From the NCBI RefSeq assembly GCF_009914755.1, contig NC_060926.1: a stretch of DNA of 64,000 nucleotides. One strand, written 5' to 3'. Shown here piece by piece: positions 43,644 through 58,019 of the stretch. The first letter of the stretch is position 1. Every line of letters starts with the position of its first letter. Source of the stretch: the human T2T-CHM13v2.0 reference genome, Homo sapiens. A program made the translations under genes and the position numbers. The notes under the pieces are model-generated. The model was not told the origin of the DNA and made no database searches. It was given only the letters and a program-made list of their open reading frames with translations.

Positions 43644-44779
43644 AAGATATTTTAACTGTGAATAGAACAGTAAAAGAGAAAAGTTGTGCTTACGTAGTCT
43701 CTAGGTTTGATATAAGCGTTATTATCCAAAGGACGATTCTTAGTGTTATAATTGAGAAAGTATGAGCTGAAGTCTGTAACTAAAACATGAACTCAAGGTT
43801 TGGCATCTACTAGTAACTGATTGGACACCAAAAATTAAAGGACTTACCAGAACCAGTCTTATAAGGCAGGTATTGTTCTCTATAAGAAATCTGCAGGACA
43901 GGGGATGTGACAGCCTTTGAGATGTAAGTCTCAAATTCTGGGAGCCTTTGACATGGCGTCTGATGCATCTTGATATCCTAGAAACAAAGCCTTTAAAAGG
44001 GCAGAGGTGAGCTGATCATCAAGCACATGTGATCTGACGTTCAGGACAATATTCTTTATTCTAATTCAAATCAACTCCTTGATTTTATTTTTCTTTCCTT
44101 CTTAAATGCTTTTCTTTCTCAAATCAATTTTTAAATAGAGAAAATTCAACCTTGTTCTATAAGTATGTTTCCCAGGTGTGTTTTATTTAATTCTGTGCAA
44201 AAGATCAAGGGAAGAAAGAACCCTTGATACTCTCCTGAAAATATAAATATACACTCATTAGCACTTTTGACAAGATGGTTCATACAGTGCTTTCAGCCCA
44301 ATAAGGAGACATCATTGTAACAGTAGCACAGGGCTCTCCCTGCATTTGTGTAGAAAGGACAATAGCCAAGTAATTAGTTTTAAGAGAAGACTCAAGATTC
44401 CACTTGTCCACAGATATTCCCACCAAAAAGTAGGACTTGGCCCAAAACTTTACTCTTAGAAAAAAAAAATATTCTGAGTTACAATAGATTCAGTTAGGAA
44501 AAAGTTATTGGCAGAGAACCCTCTGAATTACCTGGAGGTGGAAGGAGGAACCCCCATTCTTACCCCACTAGTCCAGTTTTTCCAACAGAACACATGTATA
44601 GACCTCTGCAAGTATTCTCAAGTATATCTGATTCAACTAGCCATTTTCCTGGTGGCATGACATTTATGAAACAGCAGGTGAAAGGCAAACATACACAACT
44701 CCAAGAATACCTCATCAGGCAGAGTGATGACTGTGAAGAAGTGAGTAGAGGCCCAGGATTCAGGGGAAATTTTCTTAAG

Positions 44780-44935
44780 AACAAAATCCAGGCCCTATCA
44801 CCTACTCTTGTACACTTATCTTCCTAAGCCTCAATTTCGTCATTTGTGTAATGAGAATAAGAATCGCCTTTACCTTACAAAGTGGTTGTGAGAATTAGAT
44901 CACACATGTCAAGTGCGTATTGCAAAATAAATATC
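44780..44935 (+). mobile_element. MIR
   Basis: 'taagcctcaatttcgtcatttgt...ggttgtgagaattagat'. Confidence 0.7.
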
Positions 44936-44948
44936 CATCCAAATATTC

Positions 44949-45024
44949 TCTATGTCTGTCTGTCTGTCTGTCTATCACTATCTATCTGTCTATCTATCTA
45001 TCTGTCTATCTATCTATCTATCTG

Positions 45025-45068
<44 letters not shown>
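44949..45068. repeat. Compound (TCTG)n/(TCTA)n tetranucleotide STR
   Basis: ~120 bp of TCTA/TCTG units at the MIR tail. Confidence 0.95.
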
Positions 45069-45069
<1 letters not shown>

Positions 45070-45343
45070 AGTATTTAGGTCTCCCGTAAACAAATGCAAG
45101 AATAAGATAGTGACAATCTAGCCTTAAAAAGCAAGGGTTTTATTGAAATCAAAATCATTTTGATTTAACTGAATTATATGACTTTAAAAGTAGCCATATA
45201 TACATTGGTAGTATTACTAGCATCACTAGAAGAATTACATAAAAATGATAGCAATGATAGTTCCATTTATTTTAGCTACACATATTGCCTCAGATTATTA
45301 GATCCAATTTTGAATTCTGTTTACTAAGATATATTTAACAGGT

Positions 45344-45415
45344 ATCTTCATATCTTCATATCTATCTATCTATTACCTGTCTATCTATTTATCTATCTAT
45401 CTACACACACACATA
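45344..45415. repeat. Degenerate (TCTA)n/(CA)n repeat
   Basis: Direct reading. Confidence 0.75.
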
Positions 45416-45717
45416 TAGTTATAGATGAATGCTCAGAGAAGAGCAATCTGGATAATTACATTTAAAAGCTAAAAATGAAGAAACTTGCATTAAGGAGAAT
45501 GGTATAGAAAAAAAATACTCAGAAGCACAATATAATTATCTTCAAATATTTGTTAGACTGACACGAGAAAATGCTTAGGAAAACTGTGAAGGGCTTTATG
45601 GAGTAAACAATCTGTTAGAAGCTGAGGAAAGCAGAAATAATCACAAAATTTGAGAACATTTCTAATATTTGGAAATATTCAAGATAATACAAGATGTCTT
45701 GCAAAATATGAAACCTG

Positions 45718-45900
45718 TTTATTCAATAAAAACTTACTAGTTGCATAGTCTACTCAAGGCACCAGTTTAGATATTATAAGGATTCAATAGATCTATACAA
45801 TATTGTTTCTGTCCTTAATAAGCTAATAATCTTGAAGCCAAAATGGTTACTGGGTAATCATGTGATATAGCAAAGTAGAAAGAATGTGCTACAAGAGTGG
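45718..45900 (-). mobile_element. L2 3' fragment
   Basis: 'ttattcaataaaaacttactag...caaggcac...tgtttctgtcctt'. Confidence 0.5.
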
Positions 45901-48019
45901 AAAGGAAAATGTTGCTGCTCTCCTCATTAAGATGGTGTATTTCTTTCCCTATTCCCAAAAAGAAAAGTCTCTGAAGTTTAGATCAGAATGAAACATTTTA
46001 GTTTGGATAGAAAGAGATAAAAGATGAAGTCAGATTTAAGAATAAGACTCAACAATTAACAGGAATAGAAGAAAGATAAGTATTTTCTATCCTACATTGT
46101 TCAGTCTGCATTTTCAAAGAATGCCGTTAAAAGGATGTAATTAGGGGTAATGAGGTGCAAAATTTCATGTATAAAAAATGATCTTGTTAAGGGCAGTTTA
46201 GGCAGATAGTGCAGCTAAAAAATGAATTTTAACTCTCTACTAACTCTATGCCAATATTATATATCCCTGACTTTTCTCTATATCAAATTCCAGTAGAATT
46301 TTTTTAAGTCAGAAATTTAAATGAATCTGGTATACAAATCTCCTTTTGATTAAAATTATTTGAGTTTTTTTTTTCATTTAAAAGTGGGAAAATCTTATCA
46401 CAGTCTTGAATAATAAAATGCCTTTTGTTCAGCTCTCATTGATTAGTCATCTTCTTACCCACATTGATCAAATTCAGGAGTCTGGACAAAGTGTCTATTA
46501 CAGAGATGCTTTCCTTCCTAACAGAGGTTAGGAAGGTAGTTGGTCTGAGTACATCTCTGCAGTTGAGTCCCTCTGTTCAGCCTCACCCTCCTTAGCAAAG
46601 AGCAGAATATTCAGATGAGGTGGCTGATTCCCAGGCTTTGATAATCCTAGGACCCTTTTTTAAAAATGTATTTCTTAACTCTAATCTCATACATTTGGTC
46701 AATGAAAAACTGAATGTTTCAGCACTTAAGGTCAAAATATGTAGTATACGTATCATTTTAGATGTTATAGGAAAGCAAGCAATAGTATAAGCCTGGGTAA
46801 GTGGCAAAGGTTTCCAAAATATCTTTAAAAAAATTCTCCTATTAAGTTTGGTATCTATTGTGACAAATCCAATAAAACCCAAGATGATCCTTAGTTTGAC
46901 ATTCATTTGAATACACATTTAATTGAACATTTTCAAGGTGACAAGATTGACCGTGCACTAGAAAAACTCACAGATACTTTCAGACTGTGGGAGAAACTGA
47001 TGAAGAAGCTCATGGTTCCTCTGCAGTGTGGTGAGTTCTCTCGCAGGTACCATAGAGTGATGTGTCAGAACCCTGATGAGCTTCTCAATCCTGCGGAATG
47101 TACAAGGCAAAGCTTTCTGATAGAGATTACTAACTTGAACTAAAAAAGAGTTAGTACAATTTTAACAGTTTTGAAAAAGCCAGAAGGGCAACTCTAGCAA
47201 CTCCATGATTCCATCATAGGCTGTCACAATTGCTATTTCAGAGTGTGTGTTTGCAAGTCATTGTTTATTCAGATCCGTGTCAACACAAGTGTGTGTTCTT
47301 TTCTGCCTTGAAATTTCTTCTTGTTCCAAGTTTCACATTTTTATGGGAATATATAGGTACTTATTGCATTTTAATTTTTGTTAACAATGGAACAACAGAA
47401 GGGTAAAAAATGTGGTTCTCTCTGTTCAACTCATCTCTAAGTGTAATGCTGGAGGAGAGAGGATTATGTCATGTGGAAACTAAGGTAGAACAAAAGGTTT
47501 CAACAGCAACGTTTCAACCCCGGGAGGGTCTCAGTCTATACTTTTCTCCACCAGGTCCTCCTCTGGTGCAGCATGAGAATGGGAGGAGGAGACATCGTCA
47601 GTGTTTCCTCCTGAGTTCGCTTGCCAGGGGCGCCAGCTTTTCACGAATTCAAACAACAATGACATGGACAGGTTTACAGTAAAATATGTCTATCCTGAAA
47701 AAGAAAGGAATTGACAGCCAACCCACTGGCTGTGCTCATCGCTTGCTGAGCCGCACCAAGCAAGGCCATCTTCTGAGGATCTACAAATGTGTGGCATGGT
47801 AATGATCTCACCTTCCAAGGAGCTATGACGTATTTAATGAGGTGTGGATCCAGGGAAACAAAAGTCACGCACGCAGTATGGAGGGGATTGGAACCCATCA
47901 ATATCTGAGACAAACAGTAACATAGCACGGGGACTTTTGTTACAAATGTCCTGCTCTCTTCCTCTTCCACCTTCAATCTTAGCATAGAGCATGCAGTGTG
48001 AACATCAGTGAAACCGATC

Positions 48020-48215
48020 TGGTTTCAAATAAAAGATTTGTTGCATTTTGACTATGAGGCATTTTGCAAGTTGCTTAACCTCTCTGAGGCGCAATCCCTT
48101 GATTTGTGAGGCAGAGATAACACCTTTTTCAAAAGGTTGATTTAAGACCATAATAAAATCATGAGCATGAGAAACTTAGCATAGAGTCTGGAACATTTCA
48201 GCTGTTCAATAAATT
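48020..48215 (+). mobile_element. MIR
   Basis: 'gcaagttgcttaacctctctgaggcgca...cttagcatagagtctggaaca...tcaataaat'. Confidence 0.75.
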
Positions 48216-48529
48216 TTGGTTTCTGTCCATTTTCTCTACCTTTTTCCTCTCCCACTAGAACACGGGGCAGAGAAGGTCCAGTGTGTTAGCCTTCAGAATC
48301 TTTTAGTTATTGGGGTTATTTTTTTGGAGAATTTTATTTTTTGGCCTATTTGTTTGTTCTCAGAGAGATGGATGAGATCTAAAATGTACTTCTACTGTTT
48401 TCTTCCCCATTTAAAAAAATGTAAAAACCAGAACGAAACACGTCTTTCCAGTCACAGGTAACTAAGTAGGAAGTATCCAGTAACTTCTTATCTTTGGGGA
48501 AAAATGTTACCCACAATACCCCAGAGTCA

Positions 48530-48867
<338 letters not shown>

Positions 48868-49755
48868 TTAATTATAATTTTGGTTAACTGATTAACGTTA
48901 ACTTGTATATGACTTATATTGACCACTAAACTTTGGGCCTGGTTGCCCGGTACCATCTGTTTAATTGCCATTTCTATATGAATTCTTCAGTTTTGATATT
49001 TGTTTCTCATCTTGTGTGCATTTAACATTACAATCCCCATAAATGCTTCTTTTAAGATGGCTGAATATCTGTAAATACACTTGTCATTTGTATTTTTGGT
49101 GGAATTTTTTTGTTCACGTGCACCCTCTTTACTCCCTGGATGTCTTGAAAAAGAAACTGTGACACGTTTTTATCAATACAATGTTTTATTTATTAGTAGA
49201 AAAAATGTTAAAAATAAGTACCTATTTTAAGTGTTTTTGTGGAATAAGTAATGCAATAAAATGAAAAGCCAAACTCTGTAGAACTCAAAATGTGTTAAGT
49301 ATGCAAAGACCAGAAACCTTATAAAGGTGGCAACATATTCTAGATACTTTCAAGACCTTAAGCACCCATGATTACTTGACCTCCACTTCTTTTATCATTT
49401 CTACTTGCAATCCATCAGACCTGTTTAAGTGAGAACTCGGGTAGATCTAAAGGTCTTTTCCATTTTATACTCTTTTTTTCATATAAATTTTCAGAAATGC
49501 AAAAATTGTAGTGTGAAACTGTGTGAACTTGAAATGTTTAAAGTTAGTATAGTATGTTAAAGACCTATTTGATTATGAACTAGGGCTAATAATCTTAGAT
49601 TAATTCAGATTTTAATTAATTCAAACATGGGTTACCATGTTTGAATCTTGTTGTTCTAAAGTTTTCTAATTAGTTGTCTTCCCTCAAACAAGAGTGAATC
49701 CAAGTGATTGATACAGCCTTTTCCTTTTGTTTTTAGTATTCTGGGCCTAGACTCA

Positions 49756-49940
49756 CAGTGGTTCTTAACATTAGCCACTCATTAGACTCGGAGAAGTCTA
49801 ATGAGTATTCCCCAAGTCTGTGCATTCAATATAGAGTCAAGTGAGAGCACCTGGATCTGGAGAAAGGAGGCGAGGAGGTAATCTAGAAACAGCTCTGTCA
49901 GTGGTGGCCATTCATTCAGCCAGGGGAATCTTAAACACGA
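49756..49940. mobile_element. MER5-like MITE (degenerate)
   Basis: Starts 'cagtggttcttaac...cattaga' after a 'cctagact' hAT-type target; 'cagccagg' near the end. Confidence 0.5.
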
Positions 49941-50295
49941 AGACTGAGAGATTTCTTTAAGAGAACTTTCACTTCTCTTTTGTCGTTTCCCAAAGGGTTC
50001 CATTTGTAAACCAAAGCTTAAGAATGTATTTTGGTCATAAAGGTAAATTCGCAGTTTCTCACGTTCTCAGGGACTGTTCTGAAAGCAAACTGACAGGAGG
50101 AAAGAGAAAGCCAAAGGTGAAAAAAGTGAGGCCAGTGCCCTCAGACTGACTTTCCTCATGGACTCAAGGACTTAGCCAATGTAACCTGGACACTGAGACT
50201 TTCCCAAAAATAAGACCCAGGGTGACAGTGCTGCTTCACTGAGGACAAATACAATTAAATGAAATTAATAAAATTTTTTTTTTAAATAAAAAATA

Positions 50296-50601
<306 letters not shown>

Positions 50602-50643
50602 TCATGGTCAGGCTTTGTTCCAGGCCCCAGAATTCCAGGATGG

Positions 50644-50676
50644 AGCAGTTCCCATGCCCGTCACCAGGTGGCAGAG
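50644..50676 (+). promoter_or_regulatory. Candidate CTCF site with upstream module
   Basis: AGCAGTTCC-N5-CCGTCACCAGGTGGCAGAG. Confidence 0.55.
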
Positions 50677-51199
50677 GGGCTTTGCATCCAGGCCTCCCGG
50701 GCGTCCCTGGGGCAGCACCTCTGGCTTAGGAAGCAGAAGTTTAGTGAAAATTCAAGGGAGTGCAAACCTTACAGTAAAACAGAAATCTTGTCACTCTGCA
50801 AAGCTGGACTCCAGTTCAGAAAGCCAGGTCTCAGCCTTGGACCTGAGGGGTTTGGATGCTTTGGGAAAAGTAATTTCAGTGGAATCATAGGGGTATCACT
50901 CCATGGCCAGAAGCAAGCTCAGCTCCAGTGTAGTGCTGTAGTTAAAGAAACAAAGCCAAACCTGTTAAGTCTAACTTCACTTAGAAAAATAGTAAGTGAA
51001 TAGATCTAAGTTTTTAAATTGTTTAAATGTTCACGGAAGAAGACACCGAATCTTGATTGTTCCCACAGTTTCCCCAAATATTACACAGTCATTGACATAC
51101 AACAGAAGTTGGATTTATATTTATGATGGAAAGAAAATAGCACCCAAAATATTGACAAAGGAAAATAATGGAAAAGGCACATTTGTTTCCTTGGTTTGG

Positions 51200-51430
51200 C
51201 ATGGGATGGAGTGGAAAGAGCATATGTTTTGACCCAAGGTAAATCTGGGTTTGAGTGTCTACTTTGCCGCTTCTCTAGACCTTTCGGCAAGAGCTACTCA
51301 GCGGCTCTAGGATTGTTTACTTGGCTTTAGAATGAGGGCTAGCGTGTGCATTAAAGCTTGTAGCTCAGAGTTGTTGCAAAGATTAAAGAAAACAAGAAGT
51401 GAAATACATGGCAGGTAGTGAGTGTTCAGA
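51200..51430 (+). mobile_element. MIR
   Basis: 'gagtggaaagagca...tctgggtttgagtgtctactttgcc...gagttgttgcaaagattaaa'. Confidence 0.65.
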
Positions 51431-52089
51431 AACCTTTAGATCTCTCCCCATCAAAACTTCAGTGTGAGAAAAGTATTCTCTGGTGCTCAACCACCAACTC
51501 TGATTTTGAGACTAGAACCATGCAAAATTGTTCTGTGACCTGAAAATAATTTTCCAGATTGTGGAAATCACTGGAACATATGCTGTGGTCATCTGGCAAA
51601 TTCTCTTTCTAACATTTGTGACTGAGTGCCCCTTTTAAGTACCTCTGAGAAACCCTGGAAGTTGATTTCCCATACATTTCAAATAAGTATTCTGTGAACA
51701 CAGTAGTGTTAGGACATTCTGGGAAAACTCATAATGTCCTCAGCGATTTACAGAGTTAACTTGAATCTCTGTGACACCGAGGCTCCTTTAATCATAAAGT
51801 CAGAGTGAGATGATTGGACCTCTCAAAAGTACAAATGTTGCGAGTCTGCTTTGAATAAAATATACCTTCGATAGTTTCCATTTAATATAATATTACATTC
51901 AAGAATTAAGAGACTCCTGAATAATTTATCATTTTGCAAGTATAAGTGATCACTAATAATATTGCATTGTTATTTATTAACATTTATGCCCACCACAATT
52001 CTATTATGTAAATAATATAACAGATTATCCAACTATATGTTTAATACTGTGGGTATATATTACTAATAGCTGAGCATAATATGACTTGA

Positions 52090-52730
<641 letters not shown>

Positions 52731-52979
52731 AAAAAAAAGATATTATCACCAACAAATACTCAACAAAAAAACCCTTACACAACTAAGGAGAAAATCCCCC
52801 ACTGCAATGAGGAAAATGAAGAAAGTGTTCAGGGGAATTGTGGAAGTTCCATTTAAAAAAATTGCAGAAGTTCAGTGTATAAGCTGAAATGTGAAGGATG
52901 GCTAGAGATGAATTATCAAAGAATTAGGGATGACATGTTCTAGGCCTGGGGTTGGACACAGTATTCCTTATTTTTATGA

Positions 52980-53220
52980 GGTAGATTCAGACAGATGTGT
53001 TCAAATACTACTTATTATCTTTGTCATATTAGACACCTATTAGCTTTGTCATATTAGAAATATACTTAGCCTGTTAGCGTTTCAAGTTCCAAATATCTAA
53101 AACAAGGTTAATAATTACAATCTTAAAAAACATCACAGAGCTTTAAAGAAAAAAAGATGTGTAAATTTCCCTACTATAACGTCTGCACATAGTAGGTACC
53201 CACATAATAAATGCTGATTA
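52980..53220 (+). mobile_element. MIR with internal duplication
   Basis: 'cagacagatgtgttcaaat...tttcaagttccaaatatctaaaa...gcacatagtaggtac'. Confidence 0.65.
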
Positions 53221-55311
53221 CATATATTACCTTTACTTCCTCATTTTTACTTAACGGGATCCTACCCCTACCTCACTCCACATTCTCCTTGACTCTATCT
53301 TCTCACATAAACTACATGTATCACATTTTTCTGAATGTAAGATAGGGAAATTTCTATTATCTCCTCTTTTTGGGGGTTTCAGATTAATCTAAAAAAAGGC
53401 TTGATAACAACAAAAATTCTTGACTTAAAGAGAAATTCATTGATGTTAATTACAACACAGGACACAATCCCACCTCCCTTGGTGCAAATAAATCCTCCCT
53501 GAGGTTTGTGATGAAGTCTGCCTGCAGTATTTCCTCTGCAGCAGTGGAGATCTATGCCAAGTGAGAGGGAATTTTCCCATGTGCTTCTCTCTCCTGGCCA
53601 TTCATCACCTAAAGGATCCTCTCCAAGCTTCCAAGGGGCTGATTGAGGGCCTGGGGGAAGGTGCATCTACCCAGTGTGGGCCTCCATCCAGTGGTGTCTG
53701 ATAGCCCTGGGCCAACTGCCCCCATCTGGTCCTCGGCCTGCTGACTGGAGGGAAGTGCTTCACCAGGATAGAGTCTCAATGATTTAGGATGATCAGAGTC
53801 ATACTCACTCAAATCCCAGTTGTAATAAGGGGGCCACTTTCCTCCAGCCCTGCCCCAGCCTCTGAGTGTGAAAGCAGGTTCTCCTTCTCCCTAGGGCACA
53901 TCCCCCTGGGGGCCCCTGCCAGACCTGCCGTGTCAGGCGGACTCCATTAACCCTGGTGGTCAAGAACTTCATCAGAGTCTGAGCCAGGGGAGAGCCAGCC
54001 TTGGAAGCTGCCTGGCAGCGAGCCCAACCCCCCAAGAGCTGCAGAGACCCCCATAGAGCCAAGACTGAGAAAATTGGACACAACGAAGAGTGAGCCTGGG
54101 TTCTTTTGCCTTTGATTTGATGGAGAAGGACATCTGCTGGCAGGAAATCAAACTCAGTATTATAGATTTCTCTTTACAGAATTTGGAACATACCAAACCA
54201 AAGCATGTCACACAGTTGGATGGCCTCTCGCTGCTTGGGAGGAAAAAATGAGGGGGCTTTGGATGACCCAGAAAAAAGGGTTGACCTCCAGGCTGCTCCA
54301 TTATAGTAAAAAGTGATTTTGATGAAGGCAGACTCTGCAGGTCAGAAGGGGCACTTGTCCTGGTACTGCATCCTCAAGTGCTTCAAAATGTTATAACTTG
54401 ATTCATGACTTTTTCAGCTCTTTTTGCTGTACTTTTCCAGTACTTAATATAGTATATTTAAACTTTAAATAATACGGTTGCTTCCTGCCATCACTTTTCT
54501 CCTATTCAGACACTGGTGCTATCCCATTGTTCTCCGTGTTCCTTCTTGGATCTAGAGCGGCTCCTACTTATAATGAGGCATAATTGGTGTCACGTGTCTT
54601 CAGGCACACGCAGGCTGCACATGTGCAAGAAAAATAGTTCTCACAGCAATCCTCTCCTCTGCGTTCATTCCTCATCATTTGCTTAAGGGAAATCATGCCC
54701 TAAACCAGGTCTGAGGGAAACCTAGGAGAGATGTTGCATCTATTTTGGCAAAAACTCAACTGTTTTATGGAGACAGCCAGGCAGTCATTTTCCAACACAA
54801 GCCCAGGTATGGCCCACACCATCAGCCTCTCCTGTTTCTCACCCAAGGACCGCCTTGCCTGTCGACTTTCAGTCTGTGTCCCTGAAATATCTTCCCCTCC
54901 CCCAAACCATTTCCATTTGGCCTGGCCAGGCACTTGGCATTGTCTACTCAAATGTGCTGACACTCAGCGATTCCCTCAGGTTTCAGCCACTCTGATTTCT
55001 GTATGCCTTGAAGTCATTTATGAGAACGTCTAAAATGTTATAATATTTATGAAAATATTTTATACAAATTGTAATATTCTCTCTTTTCTGATTTCCAGAT
55101 AGTCACGGTTGTCTGTCCTCTTCTCTTTAGCCCCGCGCCAGGTATCCCCCTTGAGACTGCACTTCTCCTCCTGAGCCAAAATGCTTGCATATTCCCATGG
55201 GTCCTTCAAATAGTGGGGATTTCTGAGAAACCAAACAAATTGATGTAGTAGCTTGAGTATGGGAGCCAGGACAGGGTTGTCCAGGGAAAGGAGGGAATTA
55301 TAAAATGCTGA

Positions 55312-55543
55312 TGCTGTGCTCTAATGCTTGAGCCCCTCCAAAATGCACATAGAAACCAAATCGCTCTTTGGTGGTGCTAAGAGGGGAGGGCTTAAGGAGG
55401 TGATGAGGTCCTGAATTCTACTCTCATGAATAGAATTCTATTCTCATGAAGAGAATTAGCGCCCTTGTAAAAGGGGTTGCAGGGAGCCGCCTTGTCTCTT
55501 CCACCACATGAGGACATAGCAAGAAGGCACTGTCTAGGAAGCA
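55312..55543 (+). mobile_element. MaLR LTR 5' part (MLT1A0/MSTD-like)
   Basis: 'cccctccaaaat...ctctcatgaat...gcgcccttgtaaaag...cacatgaggacatagcaagaaggc'. Confidence 0.75.
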
Positions 55544-55544
55544 G

Positions 55545-56111
55545 TTTCTTAGCTTAGATTCCCAGAGTCCGAGAAGACTTAGCACAACCTTAGGGAGCAA
55601 GATTGAGGGAAGAAAAGAGGGCAGCAGAAGAGAAGACGTCAGGATGAAGGTGCACTATGAAGCTGGAAGCCACTGAGTGCAGGCAGGTTGCCAGGTGCCT
55701 GGGGAAACTGACGCTCTGGGAATTGTTTCTCAGCACATTCCTTTTCAAAGAGAATAAAGGAAGAGTTTATCCATCAGATATATGTAGCCCCCCATTTCCG
55801 GGTTGTGCACTTGTAGCCCCTCACTTCTGGGTTGTGCTAAGCAAGGATATTTTTGGCGTGCCAAAATTGCAGCATCAAGAAGGAAGCCGAAGGCAGGAGG
55901 TGAGAGGCTAACGCATCCAAGAGGTGGGATTCTCTCAGGAACACACACATAAGCTCCGTGATGGAGCCAAAGCAGGGACTTCTGTCGATTCCTCCCTTGT
56001 GATGGAAACTGCAGCCCTGATAGCACACTGCAAGAGTTGCTCAGGTCAAAGGGCGCATCCCCCAATGTGCACCGGGGCAGCATGTGACTGCCGGACAGTG
56101 GCTATGCTACA
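55545..56111 (-). mobile_element. Possible old ERVL LTR (LTR16-like)
   Basis: Purine-rich LTR16-type layout ending 'gctaca'; family uncertain. Confidence 0.35.
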
Positions 56112-57169
56112 GTAAACTCTGGCTCAGCCTGGCCCTCTCTTTCCTACCCAGTTCCTTCCTTGTCAACACTGCCAGTACCTTCCCCCTGTCAACCAGGTTA
56201 GCACAGAAACTGTGATGAGCACTTCATGCTTTGTTTCTGTCTTCAGTAAGTTTTACGTCATGTCATTCACAATATGAGGGAGTGTATAACCAATAAAGAT
56301 GCCAAGACAATCCGTCCTAAGTGCAAACTGCCTGGCACAGGAGTCAGACTGAAAGCATTCCATATGGGCTAAGGAACTCATCAGGAGGAGGGAAATAAAT
56401 CCGAGAGTTCCTGTTCCCTCTAACACCGATCAGTCTAGAATCCCAGAAGGCAAAGGGCAAACTGTGTCCCTCCCGTGCATTTTTGCACTCTGTGTATTTT
56501 TTTCAAAATATTCATTTCTGATAGTTTAATACCTAAAGATGATTTCATTTATTGCAGTGCCTATAAGCAATATCAGAAAAGCACAACCTGACCTTTTTAA
56601 AATAATTTTATCTCTGGGCTATGTGATGTGGAAATGAAAGGAAAGCTCATTCCAGAATATAGGAGAAATAGGTAAGACTACTGTCCTTTTGGTGTAACCA
56701 TATGGCTTTGTCAGTCACACAGTCTGATGACGTCAGCGCATTTCATCTGAGTACCCAGTGATGTGTCGTGTTACCTCTGGCCACCAGACAAACATCCCTG
56801 GCCACACAGGGCTGACACAAACTTCCACTCTGGGCTCAAGGTAGACGCCCTCCATTGCCCTCCATTCTAAGGATGAAGAGGTTTGGAATTCAGGGATAAA
56901 CTGGAAGCATGAAAAATAAGCAGCTGGAGGGAGCCCCGTCAATGAAGAAAGAGTTAGCCCTGGGTGGGGGTGGGAATAAGAGTTTCAGGCACCCTCATCT
57001 TATAGACAGGCACCACAACAAATTCTCCGAATTTGCATTGCAGTTCTTCAAAGGATTCCTCCAGTGATATCAGAGTTAGAAGGTTTTCAGTCTGATGAAT
57101 GGGGAATATAGATAATGCTAAGTCCCCAGAGGGATTATATAAATGGCTTTTATTCAGATTTCCTAAAAA

Positions 57170-57480
57170 TAGCACTATTCATTGCTTTTTTTGTCTCACA
57201 TTATTAAAGTACTGTAAGTTCACTTTTAAAATGTTGGAAAAAAGCACAAAATTATGAAGACTATAGAAATGACCTATGATTTCACCACCAAATAAGTATC
57301 CATGTTTTTCTATTCATCTAATCATGAGTGCATAAAACCATGTTAAATATACAATTTTACATCTTATCTGTTTCATTTAAATTATATCATTAGCATTTTC
57401 TCTATTCAGCTAGGCATTGTTTGAAACCTCATTTTAATGTCATTTGCATATTGTTTTATTGAGCAATAATTTTTTGATCA
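57170..57480 (-). mobile_element. Ancient L1M 3' fragment
   Basis: 'caattttacatcttatctgtttcatttaaattatatcattagcattttc' typical of reversed L1ME. Confidence 0.55.
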
Positions 57481-57482
57481 TC

Positions 57483-57516
57483 GTGTGTGTGTGTATGTGT
57501 GTTTATGTGTGTGTGT
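57483..57516. repeat. Interrupted (TG)n
   Basis: Direct reading. Confidence 0.85.
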
Positions 57517-58019
57517 TTCTGATTTTTCTATGCGCAGGAAATTCTTGATCAATGAATATAGTCAAGATATGATTCCTGCTTTTGGAGGAAAGTCTGACGA
57601 AAACAAGAAAAGACAGAAAAGCCTCCATGGGGCTGAAATTCAGAACAGAATGTCTCCTTCTCCTGGAATAAGCCCGGACAAGCCATCAACATTTTGGGGT
57701 AGTGCCAAGGTGAAGCCTCCATTCATAACTGGCTGGAGTCTGGGCATGGTTAGAATGGCAAAGGCAAGTGTTCCACGTCACAGAGGTCTGGAAGTTCTCC
57801 TTTGGGGCACTGGATCACAGGGATGGGGACAAAAGAACCCAGCCAGCTGTGCTGAGGCAGAGCACGCATCTCCACTGCTGGGACAGGGTGAGGACTTTAT
57901 TCTAAGACCCTAGGAGGGAGGGAGAGATACTAATCTTTATTCCCATGACTAAGATGGGCTCAGAAATTGCTCATCAAAGCAAAGAATGAAATTGCCCTGT
58001 ATGCCAGGGACACTTCCAA

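Noticed and set aside
47618-47636. CTCF-like 'TTGCCAGGGGCGCC'
   Set aside because: One G short of the required core spacing, with poor 5' positions.
57485-57913. 142-aa ORF
   Set aside because: Starts in a TG microsatellite; no domain or splice support; length reachable by chance.
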